NCBI GenBank assembly: GCA_021650915.1
Contig: CP091279.1
Coordinates: 2,430,001 to 2,462,000 of the forward strand
From: Candidatus Brocadia sp.
Lineage (GTDB): Bacteria > Planctomycetota > Brocadiia > Brocadiales > Brocadiaceae
Length of the DNA: 32,000 nucleotides
Direction: 5' to 3'
Notes under the pieces: generated by a model
The model's input: the letters and a program-made list of their open reading frames with translations, nothing else
Database searches by the model: none
What the model was told of the DNA's origin: nothing
Position numbers and translations under genes: made by a program
Shown: positions 1-9,271 of the stretch, one piece after another
Numbering within the stretch: the first letter of the stretch is position 1
Layout: the number at the start of each line of letters is the position of its first letter

Positions 1-1338
1 TCAAACACTATGAATCGAGCTGTCACCCATGAATAACGCCTTTGCCTCATCTACAATCTGAGTAGTTATTTCCTGATAACCCTTCTCTTGCGCAAACTCT
101 TCAATTTTTTTCTTCACTACGCCTCTAACAAAAGAAGGAATCCTCTCGGTTTGTATTTGTGCTTCCTGCGTCCAAACAGGAATTTGTCTTTTTATCTGAT
201 GCTTGTCGGAAATTTTTTGATCGCTTTTCACTACCCTTGCGAAACCATCTGCGCTATGCGGAGACTCAAGGGTATTCGTTACCGACGCATATTTTTTTTC
301 GTTTAATGGTCTGTGGAACTCCAAGAATCCATTTGGTTCATTTACCTCAGCCTCTGCATTTCCACCGGTCAGCAGCACATTACATGGCGCCAATCTCAGG
401 AGATTTTCTGTTGTGCTGCCAAGATCTAAGCCATTGGTATTATGAATCCCGGTACGTCCCACGATCACGGTAGAAGGGTTTTCTTTTTGAAGAAACCGCA
501 GTATTTTGTCATAAGGTTTGCCCTCCATGAGGACCGTGTCAAGCTCAACGCCAGCATCACTGGCCATTCTGGCTGCCCGATCAAGGTGGTTCTGGTATAT
601 TTTGGCCAATCCTTTATCAATAATCTCCTCATGAAGCGTTTCCTGCTCCTTAAACCGGAAAATCTGACCCGCTTCCTGAGAAAGCACATTTGCAATACTT
701 TCAAAAGCAACACGGTGATAATGGGGATCAAATACAGAAACCGCGACAAGTTTTACATTGAACGACTTCGCAAACTGGATAGCGGAAGCAAACCCGGCAA
801 AGGAAGCTAAACTACCATCTACCGCGACCACCACCTTCCCATCAAAACCGTTATTCTTTACGACAAGAACATCGGTTTTAATACGCCGGACAACCCGTTC
901 GCAAACACTTCCAATCATTTGTTCATTAACGGCAGCCAAACCAAGCACTCCTAAAATCACCAGATCGTACCGGTTTCTCTGGACTTCGTTTATGATTTCA
1001 TGATAATTTTTTCCCTCTAACAGGAGCTGCTCATGAGGAACTGCCATTTCCATGCATTTTTGTTTAAATACGTTCAGATACGATTCCGAAATCAACTTGA
1101 GCCCCAAATTGATCAGCGAACTATGAAGATCTCGCTGGTGTTGCAAAACATTCTCGTCCTGGTACTGAGGCGGCAATCCCTTTTCCATATCGCGGAAACG
1201 CCGTTGGTGCAAGGCGGCGTCATAGACATGGCACCCCACTAGCAGGGAACCATATTTTTGAGAAAGGGCAACCCCTGCATCGATGCAAAAATTGGAGTAA
1301 CAAGAATTGTCAACGGCAACAAATATTTTTTTATACAT
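1..1338 (-). CDS. Tandem universal stress protein (UspA-like) domains with a C-terminal PCP-reductase-like (ChlB/BchB C-terminal type) domain
   Basis: Complete 445-aa ORF with its stop at 1-3. It has two USP-type repeats (KKIFVAVDNS...DLVILGVLG...VCERVVRRIKTDVLVV and KVVVAVDGS...VIVGRTG...GSTTENLLRLAPCNVLL). The last ~55 aa (PVWTQEAQIQTERIPSFVRGVVKKKIEEFAQEKGYQEITTQIVDEAKA) fit the W-T-x-EA...IP-x-FVRG...ITxxxVxEAK pattern of the protochlorophyllide reductase B C-terminal domain family. It lies 22 bp downstream of the preceding cytochrome gene. Confidence 0.8.
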   Translation of the reverse strand: MYKKIFVAVDNSCYSNFCIDAGVALSQKYGSLLVGCHVYDAALHQRRFRDMEKGLPPQYQDENVLQHQRDLHSSLINLGLKLISESYLNVFKQKCMEMAVPHEQLLLEGKNYHEIINEVQRNRYDLVILGVLGLAAVNEQMIGSVCERVVRRIKTDVLVVKNNGFDGKVVVAVDGSLASFAGFASAIQFAKSFNVKLVAVSVFDPHYHRVAFESIANVLSQEAGQIFRFKEQETLHEEIIDKGLAKIYQNHLDRAARMASDAGVELDTVLMEGKPYDKILRFLQKENPSTVIVGRTGIHNTNGLDLGSTTENLLRLAPCNVLLTGGNAEAEVNEPNGFLEFHRPLNEKKYASVTNTLESPHSADGFARVVKSDQKISDKHQIKRQIPVWTQEAQIQTERIPSFVRGVVKKKIEEFAQEKGYQEITTQIVDEAKALFMGDSSIHSV

Positions 1339-1360
1339 AGAAACCTTTTGTTAAAAAAAC

Positions 1361-1930
1361 TTACCCCTTTGGTGATTCATTTCTCAATTTCTTCCATTCG
1401 CTGATCGCACCGCTGGCCAGTGCAATGGTGATTACAGCGATGAAGCCCCAGCGCATCACAGCTTTAACCGGGCTTTCTTTTTCATCGACCGATACGGGTC
1501 CTTTTGCCACAGCAACCGGAGCCGCAGATTCCTGTGTTGCAAGTCCTCGTATATACGCAACCAGCTCCTTGATCTTTTTATCCGTGAGCGTCTTCCCCCA
1601 TGGTGGGCAAAGATTTGACTTATCAACAGACTTCGAACCATCGGTGATAGACTTTATCAGCTGATCATCAGTCCTTTTTTTCATATAGTCGAGATCGGTA
1701 AAGTTTCTCGGTTTTGGTTTCAGATCAATGGTAAAAAACGTTCCATCCCCTTTTCCCTTTAAACCATGACATGGGGAGCAATAATAGTCAAAGGTTTTTT
1801 TCGGTGACAGTAAAAATATCTGATCTCGCGGGGAAACTTCAGCACCGTTTGCCGTTGCAAACCAACCAATTACCCCAAACACAAGAGCTGTGTTTACAGC
1901 AAATTTTTTCCAGCACATAAAATATCCCAT
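1361..1930 (-). CDS. Monoheme c-type cytochrome with signal peptide and C-terminal TM anchor
   Basis: 189-aa ORF with one CXXCH (CSPCHG), an N-terminal hydrophobic signal (AVNTALVFGVIGWFATANGA) and a C-terminal helix (WGFIAVITIALASGAI). Its ATG overlaps the TAA of the upstream gene (TAATG at 1928-1932), which suggests translational coupling. Confidence 0.8.
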   Translation of the reverse strand: MGYFMCWKKFAVNTALVFGVIGWFATANGAEVSPRDQIFLLSPKKTFDYYCSPCHGLKGKGDGTFFTIDLKPKPRNFTDLDYMKKRTDDQLIKSITDGSKSVDKSNLCPPWGKTLTDKKIKELVAYIRGLATQESAAPVAVAKGPVSVDEKESPVKAVMRWGFIAVITIALASGAISEWKKLRNESPKG

Positions 1931-3411
1931 TATGTTCCCTCTTTCTTCTTCACATGATCCACCAAGAAACCTACCAACTGCTTTAATTCCTCATCTGACA
2001 AACCAAAGTTTGGCTCCACTCCCTGCGGATTTACCTGCTGCGGATTCTTTAAATGATGCAAGATGTAAGCGGGCTGCAGCCGGTCGCCAACTGTCGCAAG
2101 ATTAGGGCCGACAACACCACCACCCTTGGTAATATTCTCAGCATGACACGTATTACACCCCTTCTCATAAAACAACTTTTCACCTGCTGCAATGATTTCC
2201 GCAGTAGGAGGACCATCTTTAAAGGGATCGGGCAGAGGTTCTTTGGTAAGCAACGACTTTTCGATGTATTCAGTGGCAGCCTTTGCCTCATCTTCAGTCA
2301 AATTAAATTTTGGCATCTGCTGGCTCAAAGGACGAATAATGTCTGGCGCCTGCAAAAACTCTCCCTCCCAGTTCATCTTGATTTTACTGCCGGCAAACGT
2401 CAGGTTTGGCGCATACGTGCCGCCTTTTTCCTGTATCCGATGACATGCCAGGCACCGGATTTCATACAAAAGCTTTTCAAATCCGGACAGTCCTTCACGC
2501 TTTCTTTCAATAACCGGCATTAACTCAGAAATTCCTTTTATATCATGACAAACAAAACACCGGGCCTTTTCAACAACGCTCCTTCCTTTTTCGATAAGAG
2601 CGGCATCATTTCGCAGGCCAGAAAATTCCTTTTCTGTCAAAACCGGAGTCTCAACCTTTGGCTGGGCGGTCCCTTCCTCTTCATCTTTTTCTTCAGGAAT
2701 AAACTGCGTATCGCGCATAATAAACTCAACAAGCCATCTGACGTCCTGATCCGTGAACCGATACTGAGCCATCATGGTATCCGGAAAATGGCTCTTCGTG
2801 TTACCAAGCCAGGCATGCAACCAGTTTCTGTTAATTTTCGTTGTAATCTCCCCAAGATCTGGCCCGACACCGACATTTCCACCAACCCCTTTTATCGGGT
2901 GACAGATCGTGCAGCGGGCACGCCCCCATACACCTTTGCCGGCATTAAAAACCTTTTCCATCTTATCATACTCGTCTTCTGAGAGAGCATCTTCCTTCTT
3001 CAGTAAAAACTCATCCCATGCTACCTGAGGCACATCCTTTTCAGCAATGCTACCCAGGAAAACGATAACCGCCTTGATCTCGTCAAAATCGAGTCCCAGA
3101 TTTGGCATCTTTGCATTTTGCACTACCGTCTTTGGATTCGCAATCCACCGTGACAACCATTCGACATTTGCCTTATAAATAACATTAACCAGCGGAGGGC
3201 CGTTCTTAACCCTTTTGTAAGGATCTTCCAGCTCAAAGGGCAGGGCAGACCACTGCTCAGGCATCCGGTATTTTTTATCCAACTCCAGAAACATGCTGTC
3301 GATCTTTCTTTCCTGACCGAAGGAAGCATGGAGGCATGCCGCAAAAGGCAAGCAAACTAAAATTAGTGTCAACCATCTTTTCTGTAAGTTCACGATAGAC
3401 CTTAACCTCAT
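1930..3411 (-). CDS. Tetraheme c-type cytochrome (four class-I-like cytochrome c modules)
   Basis: Four CXXCH motifs (CTICH, CFVCH, CLACH, CNTCH). I moved the start from 3492 to the ATG at 3411 (MRLRSIVNLQKRWLTLILVCLPFAAC..., a signal peptide). That ATG is preceded by AAGGAG plus a 6-nt spacer, and the longer call would overlap the upstream gene by 58 bp. Confidence 0.85.
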   Translation of the reverse strand: MRLRSIVNLQKRWLTLILVCLPFAACLHASFGQERKIDSMFLELDKKYRMPEQWSALPFELEDPYKRVKNGPPLVNVIYKANVEWLSRWIANPKTVVQNAKMPNLGLDFDEIKAVIVFLGSIAEKDVPQVAWDEFLLKKEDALSEDEYDKMEKVFNAGKGVWGRARCTICHPIKGVGGNVGVGPDLGEITTKINRNWLHAWLGNTKSHFPDTMMAQYRFTDQDVRWLVEFIMRDTQFIPEEKDEEEGTAQPKVETPVLTEKEFSGLRNDAALIEKGRSVVEKARCFVCHDIKGISELMPVIERKREGLSGFEKLLYEIRCLACHRIQEKGGTYAPNLTFAGSKIKMNWEGEFLQAPDIIRPLSQQMPKFNLTEDEAKAATEYIEKSLLTKEPLPDPFKDGPPTAEIIAAGEKLFYEKGCNTCHAENITKGGGVVGPNLATVGDRLQPAYILHHLKNPQQVNPQGVEPNFGLSDEELKQLVGFLVDHVKKKEGT

Positions 3412-3434
3412 CAAAAACTCCTTAACATGATATA

Positions 3435-5033
3435 TTATTCTTGTTCTTCTTCCATTTTTGGCGGAAACCTGCGTAACCTGGCTATAAACCACATCTCAAC
3501 GCTTGCACCCATAACAATAGCAACCAGAACGTATACGAAGACTGTTTTGGGTACGGGTTTTTCAAGAGAGACATAATACCAGGACGATACTGATTTTTGG
3601 CCGCCCACATCACTATTCGAGCCATCCCAGATTGCAAAAGCCACGGGAATGAGCCTGCCAACCTCAAATTGAATATCCCCCTTTACATCCTCTGTGGTCA
3701 AAGTCCTTTTGAGCACCGTCTTCCACCTTCCGTTTTGATAAACACCTTTTCCCGTGATATTCTGGCTTTCCGGAGGTTGCACGGTGATATTTTTAAAACC
3801 CTTGGCGTTCAATTCAGTCGCCACCCCAGGCTCTGATTCCGGCGCTTCAGCAATCGCACCAAATCCTTCCTGCCAGTGCGCTTTCCAACTCCATAAATTT
3901 ACGGAACCGCTTGAATCCCCCATGGCAAAATACGGCTTTTTCAGCGACTCAGGAATTTTTGCGGGAAATTGCAGAGAGATGGCATCTCTAAAAACCTCCT
4001 CTTGCCTGTTAGTAGCGTCATCCCACTCCAGCAAAAAGGCGATTTCATCGTTGTTATAGAAAGCTCTTACCATGACTGCATCAACAGAAGGAGTCCAGTG
4101 GCGCGGACTTACCAGTATCTGCCCTGCCAAGGGGATCTCTACGGCTGTTGCTTTACTCCAGTTTTCATCCAATGGCTCCGAAGGCAATTGTTCGCCTTCA
4201 AACAACTTCACTTTTACAACAACATCCGACGCCATATCCTTTGCTATGCTCTTAACATAGTGGGCAACATGCCAGCGATCTTCGTCAGATAGTTTTTCTA
4301 AATATGAACCCATGGGAGTTTCATTGAATCCCGTTGATATCGTCCGATAAATATCTTCAATGGCATTCCCGCCTTTAAAATTCCAACCCTTCGTCAAATC
4401 CCTGGCCCGGTAAGGCATATTCCATTCTGTTTGCAGGGCAACCGTGAGCGGCCCATTCCCTCTGCCATCATCCCCATGACACTCAAAGCATTTCATCTCC
4501 TTGAATAATTCACGGCCTCGCTCTATGCTTTCCGGCGTCGATGGAACACTTCCCACGGGAATCACTCTCGGTGAAGCATCTTTTGTAAACTGATCATTAA
4601 ACGTCTTTACATAATACAGCGCCTGCCATCGCTCCGTCTCGCTAATCGTACTCCAGAAAGGCATCGCCGTTCCTTCTATTCCGCTCGTAATAATTCTAAA
4701 CAGATCCTCATCCGTCGGAACTGAACCAAACGCCGTAGACCGCACTTTGTACTCGTTCCTCGTGAAGTTCCTCGGTTTCGGAAACATTGTTACCGCGGCA
4801 GGGCCATCGCCTTTTCCCTCAATACCATGACAATACCAACACCTCTTTTCGTAAACCTTTTTCCCGGCAGCAACAGATTCCGGAGTCTCAGATAATTTTT
4901 GAGGCACTTCGCGTTTATAGGTCCTGAACAAATTCGAAGACTGGGCCGTCACCTCATTGTGCATCAAAAAGGTGCTGCCACAGACACCAACGAATATCAA
5001 ACTTATCAATCCTTTATTCAAAGCTTTTCTCAT
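3435..5033 (-). CDS. Diheme cytochrome c fused to an EB_dh-type (ethylbenzene dehydrogenase gamma / NarC/NxrC-like) heme-b domain, with a C-terminal TM anchor
   Basis: 532 aa with a signal peptide and two CXXCH (CWYCHG, CFECHG). The C-terminal half carries EB_dh-like motifs (ISLQFPAKIPESLKKPYFAMGDSSGSVNLWSWKA and IPVAFAIWDGSNSDVGGQKSVSSWYYVSL; the Met and Lys are candidate heme-b ligands). A terminal helix follows (VFVYVLVAIVMGASVEMWFIA). Confidence 0.85.
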   Translation of the reverse strand: MRKALNKGLISLIFVGVCGSTFLMHNEVTAQSSNLFRTYKREVPQKLSETPESVAAGKKVYEKRCWYCHGIEGKGDGPAAVTMFPKPRNFTRNEYKVRSTAFGSVPTDEDLFRIITSGIEGTAMPFWSTISETERWQALYYVKTFNDQFTKDASPRVIPVGSVPSTPESIERGRELFKEMKCFECHGDDGRGNGPLTVALQTEWNMPYRARDLTKGWNFKGGNAIEDIYRTISTGFNETPMGSYLEKLSDEDRWHVAHYVKSIAKDMASDVVVKVKLFEGEQLPSEPLDENWSKATAVEIPLAGQILVSPRHWTPSVDAVMVRAFYNNDEIAFLLEWDDATNRQEEVFRDAISLQFPAKIPESLKKPYFAMGDSSGSVNLWSWKAHWQEGFGAIAEAPESEPGVATELNAKGFKNITVQPPESQNITGKGVYQNGRWKTVLKRTLTTEDVKGDIQFEVGRLIPVAFAIWDGSNSDVGGQKSVSSWYYVSLEKPVPKTVFVYVLVAIVMGASVEMWFIARLRRFPPKMEEEQE

Positions 5034-5102
5034 ATTCGCACTTGACTTCTTCCCTTGCTGTTTTTAAATTAAATCCAAAACACACGTAAGCCCCAATGCA
5101 AT

Positions 5103-5876
5103 TTACTCGAGCTTTTCCCGTTGCCGGGGCATAACACCTGCCGTATCGTACTCACCCATAATAATCTTCCATATTTCATCATCTTTCAAATCGTCTTTCC
5201 ATGATGGCATCGCTGAGTCCCACGGCGTGGATTCAGATGGCAGACCAGGGCCACCTTCCTTGATACGCCAAAAGAGATAATTGTCCACTACCGTGGCTAT
5301 GGTGCCAGGGTCCTGAAAATTAATCGGTCTCAGACGAAAAGAATTGGCAAACGGCCCGTTACCATCCGCCTTTGAACCATGACACGGACGACAGTAGGTC
5401 TGGAAAAGTATCTTCCCTTCTTCAACGCATTTTCTTTGCGTCTCTCCATCTGTTTGCCTGAACGGATTTTCAAGCTTTTCAAATTCCTGCGGTAACGTCG
5501 GATGCTGAATCCTCAGTTCTACCGGCGAGGCAGCGCCTGGAATCGCCCATGTATACACAAACCATCCAACGAGCACGGGAAAACCAACAAAGAGAATTTT
5601 TTGAAGGAAGGATTTTATCATGGGACCGCGATCAGGAAGTAAAAAACTTAAAAAATCCACAAATTTTTGATTGCTGGTGGTTGCATACACCAATCCTGCC
5701 AACACCCCCATGATCATATACCACATCATTAACGTGCTCGGCGTTGGCATAAGATGATCCTTCGCCATCAGTATCTGAAAAATTTTTGGTGCCGCATATT
5801 TAAGGAACAGATACAAACAGCCTACCGCTGTAATTACCCATATTAACAAAAATGCACTGCGCTTTTTAGCCATCAT
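5103..5876 (-). CDS. Membrane-bound monoheme cytochrome c (about 3-4 N-terminal TM helices plus a C-terminal cytochrome c domain)
   Basis: 257 aa with hydrophobic segments (AFLLIWVITAVGCLYLF, MMWYMIMGVLAGLVYA, ILFVGFPVLVGWFVYTWAI) followed by one CXXCH (CRPCHGSKADGNGP). Confidence 0.8.
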   Translation of the reverse strand: MMAKKRSAFLLIWVITAVGCLYLFLKYAAPKIFQILMAKDHLMPTPSTLMMWYMIMGVLAGLVYATTSNQKFVDFLSFLLPDRGPMIKSFLQKILFVGFPVLVGWFVYTWAIPGAASPVELRIQHPTLPQEFEKLENPFRQTDGETQRKCVEEGKILFQTYCRPCHGSKADGNGPFANSFRLRPINFQDPGTIATVVDNYLFWRIKEGGPGLPSESTPWDSAMPSWKDDLKDDEIWKIIMGEYDTAGVMPRQREKLE

Positions 5877-5922
5877 ACGCTCCTAACTTTTGTTTCTCTC
5901 GCATAGACAACATTCTCATTTT

Positions 5923-6873
5923 CTATTTCAAACTCTGTAAAAAAGACACTATCCCGTAAAAATCTTTCACACTTAGCAGCTCGCCGATATTTCCCGGCAT
6001 GATTGACACTTCCTGCTTCTTCATTTCGGCAATATCTGATTTCGGAATAACAACCTCTTCAATCTCACCGCTTTCCTCTTTCAGCAATACGAGCTCTTCA
6101 TCTGTTTCACTTTTAATCAATCCATTATATGGTATACCGTCAGTGGTTATCACATACATCGTCTCATAACCCTTAACGATCTTAGCGCTTGGTTTCAGAA
6201 CAGATTCTACAAAATAGTCAGCCGTCTGGATTGCCCCAATGCCGGTAAGTTCCGGCCCCACCTTCTTTCCCCGTCCATTAACCACATGGCATTTACCGCA
6301 GGTAACCGGACGCGTTTCATCAAAAAACACCTTTTCCCCTTCTTTTGCATCAACCACCATTGGTGGCACCCATGGTTTTACCTTCTTTTTTGATGCCTCA
6401 GGAATCTTATCCTTGTATTTCATCAGCGCCCCCAAGTCAGGCTCTCCACCCAAGGTTTGCAGATACGCCAAAACAGCCAGTATCTTTTCACGTGACAACA
6501 TAATCGGAGGGTCGTATACCCGGGGCATAATTTTATCATACCCCTTTACAATATATTTGTCAGGGTCAACGATAGATTCAACAAGATAGTCCAATCCTGA
6601 CGGCAACCCCAATTCCTTCGCCCGCTCTTCCGCGCGGCTCGCCAAACCTTCCTGATCAGGACCCCTGGTAGCACTGCCACTGGTTCCAATCTTATGACAG
6701 GTGCTGCATTGCCCATCTCCCCAAAATATCTTCTCACCAGCCTCAGGACTCACTCCACCGGCGGACTCACCACCACCCGTACCGGAAAGCCCCGCCACAT
6801 ACATAGTGATATAGATATAAAATCCGATAACCGCAATTCCAAAAGCTGTAATTTTTAGCATGCTCTTATTCAT
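5923..6873 (-). CDS. Membrane-anchored diheme cytochrome c (planctomycete-type heme-binding domain)
   Basis: 316 aa with an N-terminal anchor helix (ITAFGIAVIGFYIYITMYVAGL) and two CXXCH (CSTCHKIG, CGKCHVVNGRGKKVGPELTGIG). The second module has the GPxLxxIG...ESVLKPSAKIVKGYE signature I associate with the Pirellula/Verrucomicrobium-type heme-binding domain. Confidence 0.8.
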   Translation of the reverse strand: MNKSMLKITAFGIAVIGFYIYITMYVAGLSGTGGGESAGGVSPEAGEKIFWGDGQCSTCHKIGTSGSATRGPDQEGLASRAEERAKELGLPSGLDYLVESIVDPDKYIVKGYDKIMPRVYDPPIMLSREKILAVLAYLQTLGGEPDLGALMKYKDKIPEASKKKVKPWVPPMVVDAKEGEKVFFDETRPVTCGKCHVVNGRGKKVGPELTGIGAIQTADYFVESVLKPSAKIVKGYETMYVITTDGIPYNGLIKSETDEELVLLKEESGEIEEVVIPKSDIAEMKKQEVSIMPGNIGELLSVKDFYGIVSFLQSLK

Positions 6874-7048
6874 AAGTTTTCCCAGGCCTTCATTCTACAC
6901 AGTGAAATTTAATCACACCTAACATACCAATTACCTCCATCACTATTTCAAATCCCGAAACCGCTCAACGCGATTTTCACGCCCCGTCTGCTCTCTTCGC
7001 ATTTTACTTACGTATGCTATTTCATATTCGTTTTAGTAAATCAATGCG

Positions 7049-9214
7049 TTATTCATAATGCTCCGGGTGTGGCTCCGTTAATTCAAACTCTTCCTTCAAT
7101 ACCCCTTTCTCTTTCTTATCACCTAAATTAGCCAGCCAGAATACGAATGCGACCAGCCCAAGAAAGAGCATAACAATCAATCCCACAACTCGACCCATGT
7201 ACGACAGTGCAGGTGTATACGCCCATTGAGAGGTATCCTGCAATACCCCATAGATATGCCAATCCATCCGGAGACCGGAGCGTATGAACCCCATTAATCC
7301 CATTAAAATAACAATAACCACGCACAGGAGGAGCAACGCATACTGAGATCTTACGGGCATCTTTCCCCAAACAATACCACCAACCAGCTTTGATTTCCGG
7401 AACATGAAAATATCGATGATAGCGTTCATAATAAGACAGCTCATGACGATCGACACCTGTGTTACCGACAAATATCGCAAGACCAGGTTGGCCTTTTGCA
7501 TCACCTGGAAACCGTAATACCAGAAATAGAGCACGGCAATACACGCCGTCACCGCAAACAACAACGCCTGCCCCAGCTTGCCTTTATTCTTGAAGGTCAG
7601 AAACGCCGCAAGACATACGGCAAACGACTGGATATAGAGCGACCGGACCAGCGGCTTCACAAAGACCTTGATATTTTCTTCCAACTCCACAAAATTGAGC
7701 GAAATCGCGTAGGAAACCAACATGAGGAGGCAAAAGATCAGGGCAGAAAAGATACCGATCTTCCCGACCTTGCCTTGTTCGGAGAACGGACATATCTCAC
7801 CCTTATTGCTCCGCCGGTAAATCAGAAAGGAAAAGAAGGTTGCCAAAATAATCAGGTTTACCACGGCATTCTTTGCCGCCATAACGCCGAAGTATTTGGA
7901 GAATGGATGATATTGCTCACCAATCATTGCCCGCTCTTCTCCGCTTAAAGGCAGATTATGCGGGGTGAGCCATACCGCAAAACACATAAAAATAATAAAA
8001 ATAAGATATTTAAAAAATTTCGTGTATCGCTCTGATCCCTTAATTCTTCCCATGCCAAGCCACAAATAATAGTTCGCCCCGATGAAGAGCATACCAATAA
8101 GAATGGCCTGAATAATAAAAGTCCACGAGAAAGCGCCACCCATCATAATATTTCCCATGACAGGGCTTGAGCTATAGACTTCCCGACCCAGCCAATATCC
8201 TGCGAAAGGCAAGGGGATCAATGCCCCGACACCAATGAAATTTCCAACATAACCCATCCAGTCATAATGCGCCTTTTCTTCATCTGTTTTTGCACCCAGG
8301 AATTTCACCGCAGCGTAGGCGCCAACCACAAACCCGCCAAAACAGACATTAGCAATGAGTCGATGGATATTCACAGGCATCCAGAGCGGATTATAGATCG
8401 CATGGTACAAACTCACGACCTTTCCTGTTGCCGGTACAATGCCAGACGGACTCATCATATACGTCGCCCAGGAATTTGTCAAAAACATCAATCCTGTTCC
8501 AAAGAGGTTGAGCATTACTCCCAGAAAGATGTGAAACCACTTTTTCGCTGCGGTTCCTTTTAATATTTCCCACGAATAGTAATACCCATACAACGTAAAC
8601 GCCTCGCCAAAGAACATCAGGGCATAAATATACATGGTTGACGAAAAAACGTTCGTCATGTGCCCCATGAACTCCGGATACAACCCATACAAACAGAAAC
8701 CAAGCAGACCACCAAGCGAAGCGGTTGTGGCGAAGGCGGCAGATAAAAGCTTGGTAAACTCCTTGGCCATCTTATCATATTTTATATCTCCGCCCTTGAA
8801 ACCTACGATCTCCACGATTACCGCAAAGATAGGAACACCCAGCACAAACGCGGCGAACATGAGATGCAACTCAGACACGATCCAAACGACCGTTCGGGAA
8901 TCCAATCCAAAAAATGTCCGGTACTGAACGGGAGGCAATTCTTCTTCCTCTGCTGCCGCAGCCGTCGCAGTTCCTTCTGCCGTCACCGGCTGACCTTCAG
9001 CCAATTGAGGCGCTCCGGATGATTGCCCTGCTTCGAACTGAGGGAGTTCTACGCCGGTTGCCGCCCCTTCGCCAGTCTTTGTCTGCTCACCAGACACGTC
9101 AGCGGCAAACAGACGTGGAGGAACCGAGAGAAAGGAACCAAGAGAAAGGAATAACAACAAAACAAAAAAAGCACTTCTTTTATTGAACTGCTGCACTATC
9201 TTCAAATTATTCAT
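7049..9214 (-). CDS. Cytochrome bd-like (CydA-like) polytopic membrane protein, ~15 TM helices, no adjacent CydB
   Basis: The N-terminal half aligns by eye to E. coli CydA. [44 protein letters not shown] matches [56 protein letters not shown] matches [32 protein letters not shown] matches KFVHTVASGYVTG, so both heme-ligand His positions are conserved. The C-terminal ~300 aa add about 8 more helices. The track start at 9220 is TTG; I prefer the ATG at 9214 ([10 protein letters not shown]...). Confidence 0.8.
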   Translation of the reverse strand: [721 protein letters not shown]

Positions 9215-9271
9215 TCGCAATGCGCCTTTTCAATCGAGTAAATTACACATTTCAGTAAAAATAGAATCACG

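Noticed and set aside
3412-3492. N-terminal 27-aa extension of the tetraheme cytochrome; similar extended starts occur at 9220, 10030, 11694, 12917, 17835, 19385, 25940 and 29815.
   Set aside because: The extensions use non-ATG or RBS-less starts and overlap upstream genes, promoters or IS ends. In each case an internal start with an RBS and a signal peptide or the family-typical N-terminus is available.
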